Of a DNA stretch of 64,000 bases, positions 19,335 through 28,509 are shown piece by piece. The stretch's first letter is position 1. Each line of letters starts with the position of its first letter. A program made the translations under genes and the position numbers. The stretch is from Fidelibacterota bacterium (GTDB lineage: Bacteria; Fidelibacterota; Marinisomatia; SCGC-AAA003-L08; GCA-2689995): contig JACNKR010000027.1 of assembly GCA_014381925.1 (NCBI GenBank), forward strand, positions 1,991 to 65,990, read 5' to 3'. Under the pieces are notes generated by a model that was not told the origin of the DNA, did not search any database, and was given only the letters and a program-made list of their open reading frames with translations.

Positions 19335-22300
19335 TTATTTAATGAATGAAACTTTTTGAATTTGACTAAATTCATCATTGTAATTTACTTTTATAAAATA
19401 TGAACCGCTACCTAATTCAGTTGGTTGCCATTTTAATTGATGATTTCCCGCAGAAGCAAATTCATCAAAAATAACTTCAATTGTTTGCCCTAAAATATTA
19501 ATAATCTCAATTTTAACATTTGCATGCTCAGGAATAGAATAGCTTATATGCGTTTCTGGATTAAATGGATTTGGATAAACACCATTAATTTTAAATTCAA
19601 TAGGAATATTTGCTGTAATTGAATTACCCTCTTCTGTGATTGAAATTGATTGAGCGTAAATATTTTTTAAATCTTCTTTCCCCGTACTTCTTAAATCCAT
19701 CCAAACCATATAAAATGAATTTTGTTCAGGTGTTTGAGAAAAAATCACTGGTTTGGACTGTTTGTATAATTCATTACAAAGTGGATATCCATTGCCTTCA
19801 AACTCAGGGATTCCATTAATTACATGCTGAAAATACACATCCTTCTCTAAAGCGACATCTTCACCTGGTGGTGTATTTCGTTCATCCTCCCACACAACAA
19901 TAAATGACTCATCACTTCCTAAAATAACATCTGGAGAAATTTGGTCACCAATATCATCTGAAATTAATACCTCACTTTCAGAATTTAAATTTTCTAAATT
20001 AAGCGTATTACAATAAATATTATAATTCAATCCATCTCTATAATCTTCCCAGCAATTATATACTTCATTTGATGTTGGATTAAATGCAACTGATAATCCT
20101 TCTTGACCACCAAACCCAGTTACAATCGGAAAACCATTTTCAGGCCCCTTTAATTGACCTTCAAGTGAAATTATTTGTCCGAAAATATCTATTCCATTTT
20201 CATACCCATTTCGCAAGTCTTCCCAACCAAAATAAATATCATTCCCAATCATTTCCATTACTGGATTATTTTTTATATTTGTATCATTAACTAAAGAAGT
20301 ACCCCATTCTTCCCATCCTTCAATTGTATTTCCATTAGAGTCAATAGCTTTTACAAAAATATTATACCCCGTTAACCAGGACTCCGCTTGCCAAGAGATA
20401 ATAATCCCTCCATTCGGATATTGCTGAATATCTATTAAATGTTGATCTACAATTGCATTTGTATAATCTGATACTTCGATACCATTTTCTTCCCAAACAG
20501 GTACACCTATATCCGAAAATTTTTGTACGAATATTGATTGTGGGCCATGCTTCTTTGCAGAATAGGAAATATAAAATGAATTATCCTCTCCATTTATTAT
20601 TTTAGGTGATTCCATACTCCAATTCACATCTTCAATAATTGGAGTCCCCATTTCACCTCCAATCATATTTAAATTTTCATCTAATAATTGATAATAAATT
20701 GAAGTATATGCACTCTCAACCATAAAAGTAAGTAAAAAATGTCCATTTAAATATGCAATTTGAGGATCTCCTTGGCTTGGATTTAAACATAAAGGTACAC
20801 CATTTGTCCAATTTATAGGCTCATCGTAATTACTATCAATTATCATTCCAAAAGTAACTTCCTGTAATTCAGGTGCCCATCGATTATCAATCCAATATAT
20901 TAATGTTTTACCATCTTCAACATAAATAGAATTAATATGAGAGTCTGTATCAGGGTCGCCTACATTTCCGGTAATTCCAGCAAATACTTTCATGCCGTTA
21001 TCTTCAAATTGAGTTCCTGATTCAGGAGTTATTCGTTGTAAATATATACTATTTGAACCAATTCTATAATCGTCCCAAGCAGCAAAAACTCCACCATTTC
21101 CATCATTTTTTAATACGGGAGATAAAGAATTTTCAGCATTAACTAAGATTCCATTATCTTCAAATGTAAGTTCATTATCTGAATTTAAGTGCTGAACAAA
21201 TACATCAACTTCTGGGAATGCACCATTTCTAAAATCTTCCCAAATAAAATAGGCACCTCCATTACCATCACTTGTTAAGCGTGGATTAATTTGGTATTGT
21301 TCATCAAAAGCTGTTATTCGTAAACCATTTTCATTTAAAATAGGAATACCATCTAAATCTATTTTATGAGCATAAATATCAGGGCGATCAGGGTTATGAC
21401 GATAATCCTGCCAAACTAAATAAGTTCCTGAATCATCACCTTTTACTCGTGGTTTAATCTGTTCTCCATCTGCAATTGCAATACCTACACCATCTTGTTC
21501 TAATAGAATATTTCCATCTAAATCGATATATTGCATGAAAATATCACCAAAGTTTTCAATAGAACGATGGTCTTGCCATGCAACTACAAATTGCTCACCA
21601 TTAACATAAGTAACTTTAGGAGATGTTTGAATAAATGGTGCTTCACAAATTGGAATTCCGCCATCAGAAGGCTCAGATAATATTGTATTACAGTTAATAT
21701 CCATAATTTGAATATATATATCTTTATTTTCATCTTCATCCGCTCCAACAGGGATTGACCTTGACCAAGTCATGCCAGCAAGTCCATCACCAATCACTTC
21801 TAAGCTCACACCGCTTCGTGAAAATGAGGAATTATTTAGCGTAATACCTGTTCCTGGATTTAAAATAGTACCATCAAATGAAATATGTGTTCCTTTTACA
21901 ACAGCAACACCATCTGATTCATCAACCCAAATTGCAAATACACCACCTAAATTATCTTTACACATATTTGGGGATGATTGCTTTCCAGCTACATTTGTAA
22001 TAGGAGTGCCTTCTAATCCAAATTGTAATGTACCATCGGCAAATACATGCTGTCCATAAATATCACCTTTTGCTGGTTCATTTCTGTAATCCATCCAAAT
22101 CATATAAAATCCACCAGCATCATCGGTAATGATAATTGGATCTTCCTGTCGTCCATCTGCTTGTGCAATTGGTATTCCATCTTTTAATCCATCTTCCAAG
22201 GCTACAAGCTCACCATCAGTTCCCCATAATAATTCACCTTCAGTTGTTACCTTCTGAGCAAAGATATCTCTTATACCATACCGACAATCAGACCATACAA

Positions 22301-22448
22301 TTATTAATTCACCTTCATTTCCAATTTCAATTGCTTTCCACCATTCAATATGTGTTCCCTGTCTTAATGGTACCCCATTATCCTGCCAATCAAAGGGAGA
22401 TTGTGCAAAAATTGTACTTATTAATATTATCCAAAAAATTGATTTCAT
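19335..22448 (-). CDS. 1037-aa secreted repeat protein (WxDxR ... DIYxQ units) with T9SS C-terminal sorting domain
   Basis: Signal peptide and at least 11 clear copies of a roughly 55-60 aa unit (e.g. VWSDCRYGIRDIFAQKV, IWMDYRNEPAKGDIYGQHV, VWQDYRHNPDRPDIYAHKI). CTD contains VYPNPFNPETHISYS ... YFIKV. Confidence 0.6.
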   Translation of the reverse strand: MKSIFWIILISTIFAQSPFDWQDNGVPLRQGTHIEWWKAIEIGNEGELIIVWSDCRYGIRDIFAQKVTTEGELLWGTDGELVALEDGLKDGIPIAQADGRQEDPIIITDDAGGFYMIWMDYRNEPAKGDIYGQHVFADGTLQFGLEGTPITNVAGKQSSPNMCKDNLGGVFAIWVDESDGVAVVKGTHISFDGTILNPGTGITLNNSSFSRSGVSLEVIGDGLAGMTWSRSIPVGADEDENKDIYIQIMDINCNTILSEPSDGGIPICEAPFIQTSPKVTYVNGEQFVVAWQDHRSIENFGDIFMQYIDLDGNILLEQDGVGIAIADGEQIKPRVKGDDSGTYLVWQDYRHNPDRPDIYAHKIDLDGIPILNENGLRITAFDEQYQINPRLTSDGNGGAYFIWEDFRNGAFPEVDVFVQHLNSDNELTFEDNGILVNAENSLSPVLKNDGNGGVFAAWDDYRIGSNSIYLQRITPESGTQFEDNGMKVFAGITGNVGDPDTDSHINSIYVEDGKTLIYWIDNRWAPELQEVTFGMIIDSNYDEPINWTNGVPLCLNPSQGDPQIAYLNGHFLLTFMVESAYTSIYYQLLDENLNMIGGEMGTPIIEDVNWSMESPKIINGEDNSFYISYSAKKHGPQSIFVQKFSDIGVPVWEENGIEVSDYTNAIVDQHLIDIQQYPNGGIIISWQAESWLTGYNIFVKAIDSNGNTIEGWEEWGTSLVNDTNIKNNPVMEMIGNDIYFGWEDLRNGYENGIDIFGQIISLEGQLKGPENGFPIVTGFGGQEGLSVAFNPTSNEVYNCWEDYRDGLNYNIYCNTLNLENLNSESEVLISDDIGDQISPDVILGSDESFIVVWEDERNTPPGEDVALEKDVYFQHVINGIPEFEGNGYPLCNELYKQSKPVIFSQTPEQNSFYMVWMDLRSTGKEDLKNIYAQSISITEEGNSITANIPIEFKINGVYPNPFNPETHISYSIPEHANVKIEIINILGQTIEVIFDEFASAGNHQLKWQPTELGSGSYFIKVNYNDEFSQIQKVSFIK
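19338..19589 (-). other. T9SS (Por) C-terminal sorting domain
   Basis: VYPNPFNPETHISYSIPEHANVKIEIINILGQ ... GSYFIKVNYNDEFSQIQKVSFIK. Confidence 0.7.
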
Positions 22449-22453
22449 TATTT

Positions 22454-23848
22454 TTATCTTTCTATTTTATAAATTTCTAATCCATCTCGAGTTGCAACAA
22501 ATATATTGTTATTATTTATTCTAACAGAATTTGCATAACCAGTCTCAATATTACCTAATAATTTTACTGTGGAATTATCAATCCACTCATAAACTAAAAC
22601 ACCATCATATCCTGCAGATAATGCAATGATATCTCCATCAGTATCAATACCTCTTATATTATGTCCTTCAGCGAAGGATATATTATTTACAAAACGACCA
22701 TCTTGGTCAAGAGAAGACATGTAACAACCTTTATTATATGAATGTCCTGTAAAGACCGTATTGTTAAAACTTTCTATTGTTAATATCTCTCCTGGTAAAT
22801 CAAATTGTGCCGTTGGTGCAACAACATCTATAAATTCTTCAGCAGAATCCCATACTTCATTTCCATTTATATCGATATAACTTTCTTCGGCATCCCAAAC
22901 ACCATTCCCGACAGGATTATCAATTGAGCAAAAAATAACACCTGGTTGCCAATCATATTCACCACAATCATAAAAATCTTCACCTTCATCCCAAGTTCCA
23001 TTTTCATTTGAATCTACAAAGTCTTCAGCCGAATCTTGAACTCCATTATTATTAAAATCGTCAAATGGTTCAACAGAATCATAAATTCCATTTTCATTTG
23101 AATCTACATATTCTTCGCCTTCATCCCAAATTTCGTTATTCAATTTTGCATTTGAATTTTGTTTAAATATTGAAAGACCCAGCTCTCCTTCACTAAAAGC
23201 AATCAAACTATCTGAAAAAGATACAAATTCACCAAAATATGATTTATTGACTCCATAAGTACATTCTAATTCAAATTCACCTGTTAATTCACTAAATGAA
23301 ATTATTCCGTTTACAATTGAAGTTGAACCAGCATCATATTCTGCAGCCCCTTCAGCCATATCATGTTTTAACAACGGATAAATAAAAATAGAATCTAATT
23401 GAGAATCATCAATTACAAAATCACGCCAATTATCACCAAAACAACCTGTTAAATAATTTGTTAAATATTGTTCCCCATTTAGATTATATAAATAAATTCG
23501 GTCATTCATATCTAAAATAAAAACTAAATCATGCGATTCTGATATAACAACTTTGTTTGATTTTTCTTCACCTAAATTTGCTTCCCAATCAATTAGATGG
23601 ACTCTTTCATCAATACTTTCAACTTCATTTTCTTCATTTAAATTTAAATCAAATAAATATGTACCATCATAATTTGCAGATAAAGCAATTAAATTGTCAC
23701 TAATATCCACATCTAAAGCATAACCATTTGTTGCGAATGAATAAACTTCTGAATATTGAAGATTTCCCTCTGTAATTGGATTTAGAGGGGAATGACAAAA
23801 TTGAATAATTAAAATAATTCCAGTTATTATTAATAATTTTTTAAACAT
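22454..23848 (-). CDS. lipoprotein-like beta-propeller protein (LVIVD-repeat-like) with acidic Tsp3-like Ca-binding insert
   Basis: Signal with Cys (IIQFC). LVIVD-like units are present (DNLIALSANYDGTYLFDL, GDIIALSAGYDGVLVYEW, NNIFVATRDGLEIYKI). The central insert carries repeats of DSNENGxxDxxE. Confidence 0.45.
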   Translation of the reverse strand: MFKKLLIITGIILIIQFCHSPLNPITEGNLQYSEVYSFATNGYALDVDISDNLIALSANYDGTYLFDLNLNEENEVESIDERVHLIDWEANLGEEKSNKVVISESHDLVFILDMNDRIYLYNLNGEQYLTNYLTGCFGDNWRDFVIDDSQLDSIFIYPLLKHDMAEGAAEYDAGSTSIVNGIISFSELTGEFELECTYGVNKSYFGEFVSFSDSLIAFSEGELGLSIFKQNSNAKLNNEIWDEGEEYVDSNENGIYDSVEPFDDFNNNGVQDSAEDFVDSNENGTWDEGEDFYDCGEYDWQPGVIFCSIDNPVGNGVWDAEESYIDINGNEVWDSAEEFIDVVAPTAQFDLPGEILTIESFNNTVFTGHSYNKGCYMSSLDQDGRFVNNISFAEGHNIRGIDTDGDIIALSAGYDGVLVYEWIDNSTVKLLGNIETGYANSVRINNNNIFVATRDGLEIYKIER

Positions 23849-23856
23849 AAATAATC

Positions 23857-24903
23857 CTATCGGTAAATATCATAAACACCATTCCAAGTTAACTTTATCC
23901 CAAATTCTGTTTTATAGAATGATTTAATATCTTCAACCCACTGAAATTGTGATAATGTTTGGCGATATCTCATTTTAATATAACCATTTATCTTGAAATT
24001 AGAGTTTATTTTTTTTGTTAATGATGTATAAATTTGATGATCAAAATGAATTCTCCCAGAATGTAATGGGTCATCTATTGATTCGTTTAGATATTTTCTA
24101 TTGCCTAACGAGTAAGATATATAGAATTTATCTGACTTTAAGAATTTAATATGTTTTAATGAACGGCTAATCTTTATACTCGCTGTTCGATAAGACCTAT
24201 CTTGAAAAGTTGAGTTTAATCCTGAATAATATGAAATATTATTTCCATCACCAATTCCAATTTTCAACCCATAACTTAGTTTAGAGTTAAATTTATGAGA
24301 TAAATACCAAGAAAAATTATGAATTTCAGTATCAAATTCTGTAAAATTAGAATTATAATATTCACTTGAAATCTCCCATGATATACGCGTCCAATTCTTT
24401 TTATTAATGGGTACTGAATATGAAATAAACCCACTTGCTTTGGAATAAGTACAATCAAAATATTGATTTGAAAAAATATCTGCATCTTGATAGCGTTTTA
24501 AATAATTTTCAGGAGTAAAAGAATATCCTGTTTTCAACCAATGATAAGACCCAAATTTAATTTCAAATTTCCCTGAAAAAGAAATTGTATTTTTTTGAAT
24601 AAATGATCTTACAATTTTACTTCGTAATTGAAATATAAAATTTGTTTCATATTGGTCTAATAATACAGGTGAATAAATTATTTTTAATTGAGGTTTATAA
24701 TAATCACTGTCGTAATATTTTATTTCGCCTAGAGAATTACTACCTAATGTTTTAGTTTGTAAATCACTTTTAGAAAATGAGAAAACATTGGAATCATACC
24801 CCGTTGCAAAATTAAATTGATAATAAATTGGTACAACTAATCTGTCAACAAAATTTTGTCCTAAAAGAAATTGGCTTAATAATATAATTAATAAAATTCT
24901 CAT
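23857..24903 (-). CDS. predicted outer-membrane beta-barrel protein (unassigned family)
   Basis: Signal peptide. Throughout the protein, alternating aromatic/hydrophobic strands are separated by short polar turns. Rich in Y/F/S/N. No family motif recognised. Confidence 0.4.
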   Translation of the reverse strand: MRILLIILLSQFLLGQNFVDRLVVPIYYQFNFATGYDSNVFSFSKSDLQTKTLGSNSLGEIKYYDSDYYKPQLKIIYSPVLLDQYETNFIFQLRSKIVRSFIQKNTISFSGKFEIKFGSYHWLKTGYSFTPENYLKRYQDADIFSNQYFDCTYSKASGFISYSVPINKKNWTRISWEISSEYYNSNFTEFDTEIHNFSWYLSHKFNSKLSYGLKIGIGDGNNISYYSGLNSTFQDRSYRTASIKISRSLKHIKFLKSDKFYISYSLGNRKYLNESIDDPLHSGRIHFDHQIYTSLTKKINSNFKINGYIKMRYRQTLSQFQWVEDIKSFYKTEFGIKLTWNGVYDIYR

Positions 24904-25751
24904 TATTTAGGAATAAATTCTCCACGAATTAATACATTTCTATTGGGGGACTTATTAAAAATCAAAATTTCTGAATCTTTACTATTTATAGAAAAATAAG
25001 AAGTTCTTAACTTTCCAGGGTAGCTTTCTATATTTTCAATTTTACTCTGAGTTGAAATTGATGAATAAAAAATTGATGTTACAACTTTATTATTTTCATT
25101 AAAATTTAAAATATAAGGTTGGTAAAAATCACTCTCATTATTGTAAATACATCGAGAATACAACCAAAAATCACCTTCAAAATCTTCTGAAAAACTAAAT
25201 AATGCATTACCACCTGTTTCTAACATTGAATATGGTGTCGATTTTTTTCCTGTAATTACATTTAATATTTGATTATTATTATAATCTGTTTCTGAAATAA
25301 AAGACTTCCTTCTTTTTGGTTTTAATTGGTGAGTTAATCGTACTAACATAGGTAATTCTTTAGATTTAATTCTAAATTGATGTTTACCTTTTGGAATATT
25401 TATTTGAATTTTACCAGATTTGGAAAATGAATGTGCTGGATGTTTTTTTGACTTTGTATTATCCGAAATTGAAAGTGTTTCTAAAAATTCAAGAGATTCT
25501 GTATTATCTAATCTTAAATTAAATGAAACATCAATTGGAATATTAATTTTCTTTGGTACAGGTTTTCTAAAATATAAATTTATTAATTTAGGGCCTTCTA
25601 TTTCATAAATACATTCATTACCTCTTAAAATATAATAATCAATTTCATTCTTATTTATTAATAATGTCTCAATTTCAATATTATTTATTGGATGCAAAAG
25701 TTTGCCAAATGATAATGTAATTAAAATTATTAAATAAATTATTAACTTCAT
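24903..25751 (-). CDS. hypothetical secreted protein
   Basis: Signal peptide. Its start abuts the upstream stop and its stop shares 1 nt with the next start. No recognisable motif. Confidence 0.4.
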   Translation of the reverse strand: MKLIIYLIILITLSFGKLLHPINNIEIETLLINKNEIDYYILRGNECIYEIEGPKLINLYFRKPVPKKINIPIDVSFNLRLDNTESLEFLETLSISDNTKSKKHPAHSFSKSGKIQINIPKGKHQFRIKSKELPMLVRLTHQLKPKRRKSFISETDYNNNQILNVITGKKSTPYSMLETGGNALFSFSEDFEGDFWLYSRCIYNNESDFYQPYILNFNENNKVVTSIFYSSISTQSKIENIESYPGKLRTSYFSINSKDSEILIFNKSPNRNVLIRGEFIPK

Positions 25752-26897
25752 TTAAATTGTAGAATCTGGATTAAAAGATTTTAATCTATCATTCACTTGT
25801 TTATGACTATATACACCAATTCCTAAAATCATACTCAAACTAATAATTGTGCTTATCCAGGTAATTAATAAATTATATTTTTCAGTAAAATATATGACGC
25901 CTTTTCCAATTTTTTTCTTTGTTGGACCTTGAGGCAATATTCCATCTATTATCTTATTCACTTTAATAATACTCACCACAGGTACATTATTTTCCGCAAA
26001 TGACTTTACCACACTCGGATTCATTTCTTTTTTAATTATTTCATCAGGAGTGAAAACAGGTTTATTTTTTAATTTTGAAACACCTCCAATTCCAATAGCC
26101 GAAACACCTCCACCAATATTTATAAATGCTGAATATCTATTTAATGGAATATAAGATTCATACTTATTTAATCGATGCTCAATACTTTTCAATAAATTTG
26201 ACGAATCTCTTTCTACAAAATAAGGGATAAAATCAATATTATTTCGTTTTATTGAAGATTTAATTAAATTTCGAGATTCTGTTCCACCAAAATTACCAAT
26301 TCTTTTTAAACAATCTCCCTTTCCACCAAGAGATGCCAATGTTGATTGATAATTAAACACACCTTTATCTATTAAAACCGATTCCATATCTAACCAAGTA
26401 AAGTTAGGGTCAGTTGCGCCCCATGTAGAAGAGGAGACAGAAGTAATTATTACAGGATAAACATCCAATGAATTTGTTGCACTAAAAAGGGCTATGTTTG
26501 CACCTGGATTTGAACCTGTTAAACACACTGCAATAGTATCTCCTTTTTCAACACCTGCTTCCATTAATTTATCAACCATAAATCCTGCAAAATTAGGCTT
26601 TAATGTTGCCTGTTTATCTGCCAAATTACCATTACTTGAACGAATTAAACTTTCTTCCTTAAAAATCAATCCAGTTAAGTTGGGGTCAATACTTTTAAAT
26701 ACCTGCATATTTGATTCTTCGACGAAAGATTTTAATGCGTTTAATGCTTTTTTCATCTTTTTAGATGCTGTAATTTTTTCATCATAATTAACAGACTTTT
26801 CTACTACTGTTGAATTAAACACCCAAAAAACTAATAATAAATTAATAACAGCCATAGAAACTAAAATTCTTGTTTTTTGTATCACAGGTCTAAACAT
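25752..26897 (-). CDS. membrane protein partnered with PgsB/PgsC (possible 'poly-gamma-glutamate system protein'; not PgsA/CapA-like)
   Basis: N- and C-terminal TM helices flank a large soluble domain. It overlaps pgsC by 8 nt. I recall a TIGRFAMs family of this name co-occurring with PgsB/PgsC but cannot verify membership here. Confidence 0.45.
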   Translation of the reverse strand: MFRPVIQKTRILVSMAVINLLLVFWVFNSTVVEKSVNYDEKITASKKMKKALNALKSFVEESNMQVFKSIDPNLTGLIFKEESLIRSSNGNLADKQATLKPNFAGFMVDKLMEAGVEKGDTIAVCLTGSNPGANIALFSATNSLDVYPVIITSVSSSTWGATDPNFTWLDMESVLIDKGVFNYQSTLASLGGKGDCLKRIGNFGGTESRNLIKSSIKRNNIDFIPYFVERDSSNLLKSIEHRLNKYESYIPLNRYSAFINIGGGVSAIGIGGVSKLKNKPVFTPDEIIKKEMNPSVVKSFAENNVPVVSIIKVNKIIDGILPQGPTKKKIGKGVIYFTEKYNLLITWISTIISLSMILGIGVYSHKQVNDRLKSFNPDSTI

Positions 26898-27330
26898 GAA
26901 TTTGACCTCCGCTAATTAATATCAATAATAATTGAACAGTTGCTCCTGTCATTAAAATCACACTAATTGTTCTAACGACTCCCTGTCTATCCATCCAGCT
27001 TGCAATCAACCCTGGAATAATATTACCAATTACCGCTAGATTTGCTTCTTCTTCACCTAAAAAATATATTTTTGATAAATATCCAAGTAAAAATCCTAAT
27101 AAAAGACTTAGCACTAATCTTCTTTTTCCATAAATAAATATAAAGTTAGACAATAACTTTACAATTCCAAATGCAATTAAACTGGCAATAAATGTACCAA
27201 TAACCCGTAATGGATCATGAAGATATAACGCAATATATCCCGGAACAATTACACCACCAGCCATTACTCCTAATGTTTCTGTTAGGAATAAACTAATTAC
27301 AATTCCTAATCCTACCGCGATTTCAGTCAT
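26890..27330 (-). CDS. pgsC: poly-gamma-glutamate biosynthesis protein PgsC/CapC
   Basis: 146-aa polytopic protein. TETLGVMAGGVIVPGYIALYL and IPGLIASWMDRQG parallel B. subtilis PgsC (EKTGIVPAGLVVPGYLGL, VPGLIANTIQKQG). Confidence 0.85.
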   Translation of the reverse strand: MTEIAVGLGIVISLFLTETLGVMAGGVIVPGYIALYLHDPLRVIGTFIASLIAFGIVKLLSNFIFIYGKRRLVLSLLLGFLLGYLSKIYFLGEEEANLAVIGNIIPGLIASWMDRQGVVRTISVILMTGATVQLLLILISGGQIHV

Positions 27331-28483
27331 TAATTTTTGCCTGTTTCAATTTTGAAATAAATTCTTCTCCCCAGCCGACCATATTGCCAATTCCCATAAT
27401 ATATTCACCTGATAAATTATAAAAGTAATTTAATAAATCATCCGGATTTGATGATTCTGGAAATGTCAGAATTTCACAATTTTCTGAGTGATTATATAAT
27501 TTTAAATTGGGTAAATTATCACCTCTTATTATAAATAAATGAGGTTGAATTATATTTAAAACTAATTCAATCATTTGAGTTGTTCTAAATCGACGATCAG
27601 ATCTCGCATTTAAAAATATTGCGATATGAGATTGATCTGTCTGTTCTCTTAATAATTCAAATATCTGATAAGTTGATTGAGGGTCATTCGCCGCAAATGC
27701 ATTTATAAAATTATTTGTTTCCGATTTCCCTTTTATTTTTAAAACCTGTAAAGCACCTGGATCGGGAGTTGCATTATACATTCCAGATAGTGCTGTTTTT
27801 TTATCTATTCCAGCCTGCTTGCATACTTCTAATGCAATTGCAACATTTTCATTATGTTCAAGATATGAAAACCCTTTCATCTCTTCTGATTCTATTTGCT
27901 CACCTGAAACTTCTACAAAAGTAGAATTGTTCTCATTTGATTTATCTTTAATGATGTTTGATGTGGGGCATTTAGTTGTAATCATAACCCCATTTTCAGG
28001 GACAGAATTTGAAAGTGATTTTGTTATATCTTCCATAGTATAACCCATTTCATCTACATGATCCATTCTAACATTTGTAATTACACCAATATCTGATTTT
28101 ATCATTTTATGTTCAGAAACCCATTGATATTCTGGCATAACGGCCATACATTCTATCACAATATATTCTGGGTTTTGCTTAGAAAAAGTGCGTAATAATC
28201 GAAGTTGTTCACCAATAGAAGGTGACCGTAAACGATGAATAATTCGATCTATTCCATCAACATCAATTACTCTCGGAGAAGTACCTGTTACTTTCGCAAG
28301 TGTTTTAAATCCACCCGCCCTTAATCCACCCGCAATTAATCTTACTACAGAAGATTTTCCACGAGAACCATTTACATGAATCCTATTCGGTAATTTTGCA
28401 AGTACTGTTTGATGTAATTGATATTCCCAAATCCCAACCAATATGAGGACAAATATTAATGTCCCTAAAGCAAATACAGTCAT
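27323..28483 (-). CDS. pgsB: poly-gamma-glutamate synthase PgsB/CapB (Mur-ligase-like amide ligase)
   Basis: N-terminal TM helix, then the P-loop HVNGSRGKSSVVRLI characteristic of PgsB/CapB. Overlaps pgsC by 8 nt. Confidence 0.85.
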   Translation of the reverse strand: MTVFALGTLIFVLILVGIWEYQLHQTVLAKLPNRIHVNGSRGKSSVVRLIAGGLRAGGFKTLAKVTGTSPRVIDVDGIDRIIHRLRSPSIGEQLRLLRTFSKQNPEYIVIECMAVMPEYQWVSEHKMIKSDIGVITNVRMDHVDEMGYTMEDITKSLSNSVPENGVMITTKCPTSNIIKDKSNENNSTFVEVSGEQIESEEMKGFSYLEHNENVAIALEVCKQAGIDKKTALSGMYNATPDPGALQVLKIKGKSETNNFINAFAANDPQSTYQIFELLREQTDQSHIAIFLNARSDRRFRTTQMIELVLNIIQPHLFIIRGDNLPNLKLYNHSENCEILTFPESSNPDDLLNYFYNLSGEYIMGIGNMVGWGEEFISKLKQAKIND

Positions 28484-28509
28484 TAAAGTTAAATTTTAAG
28501 CTATTCTAC

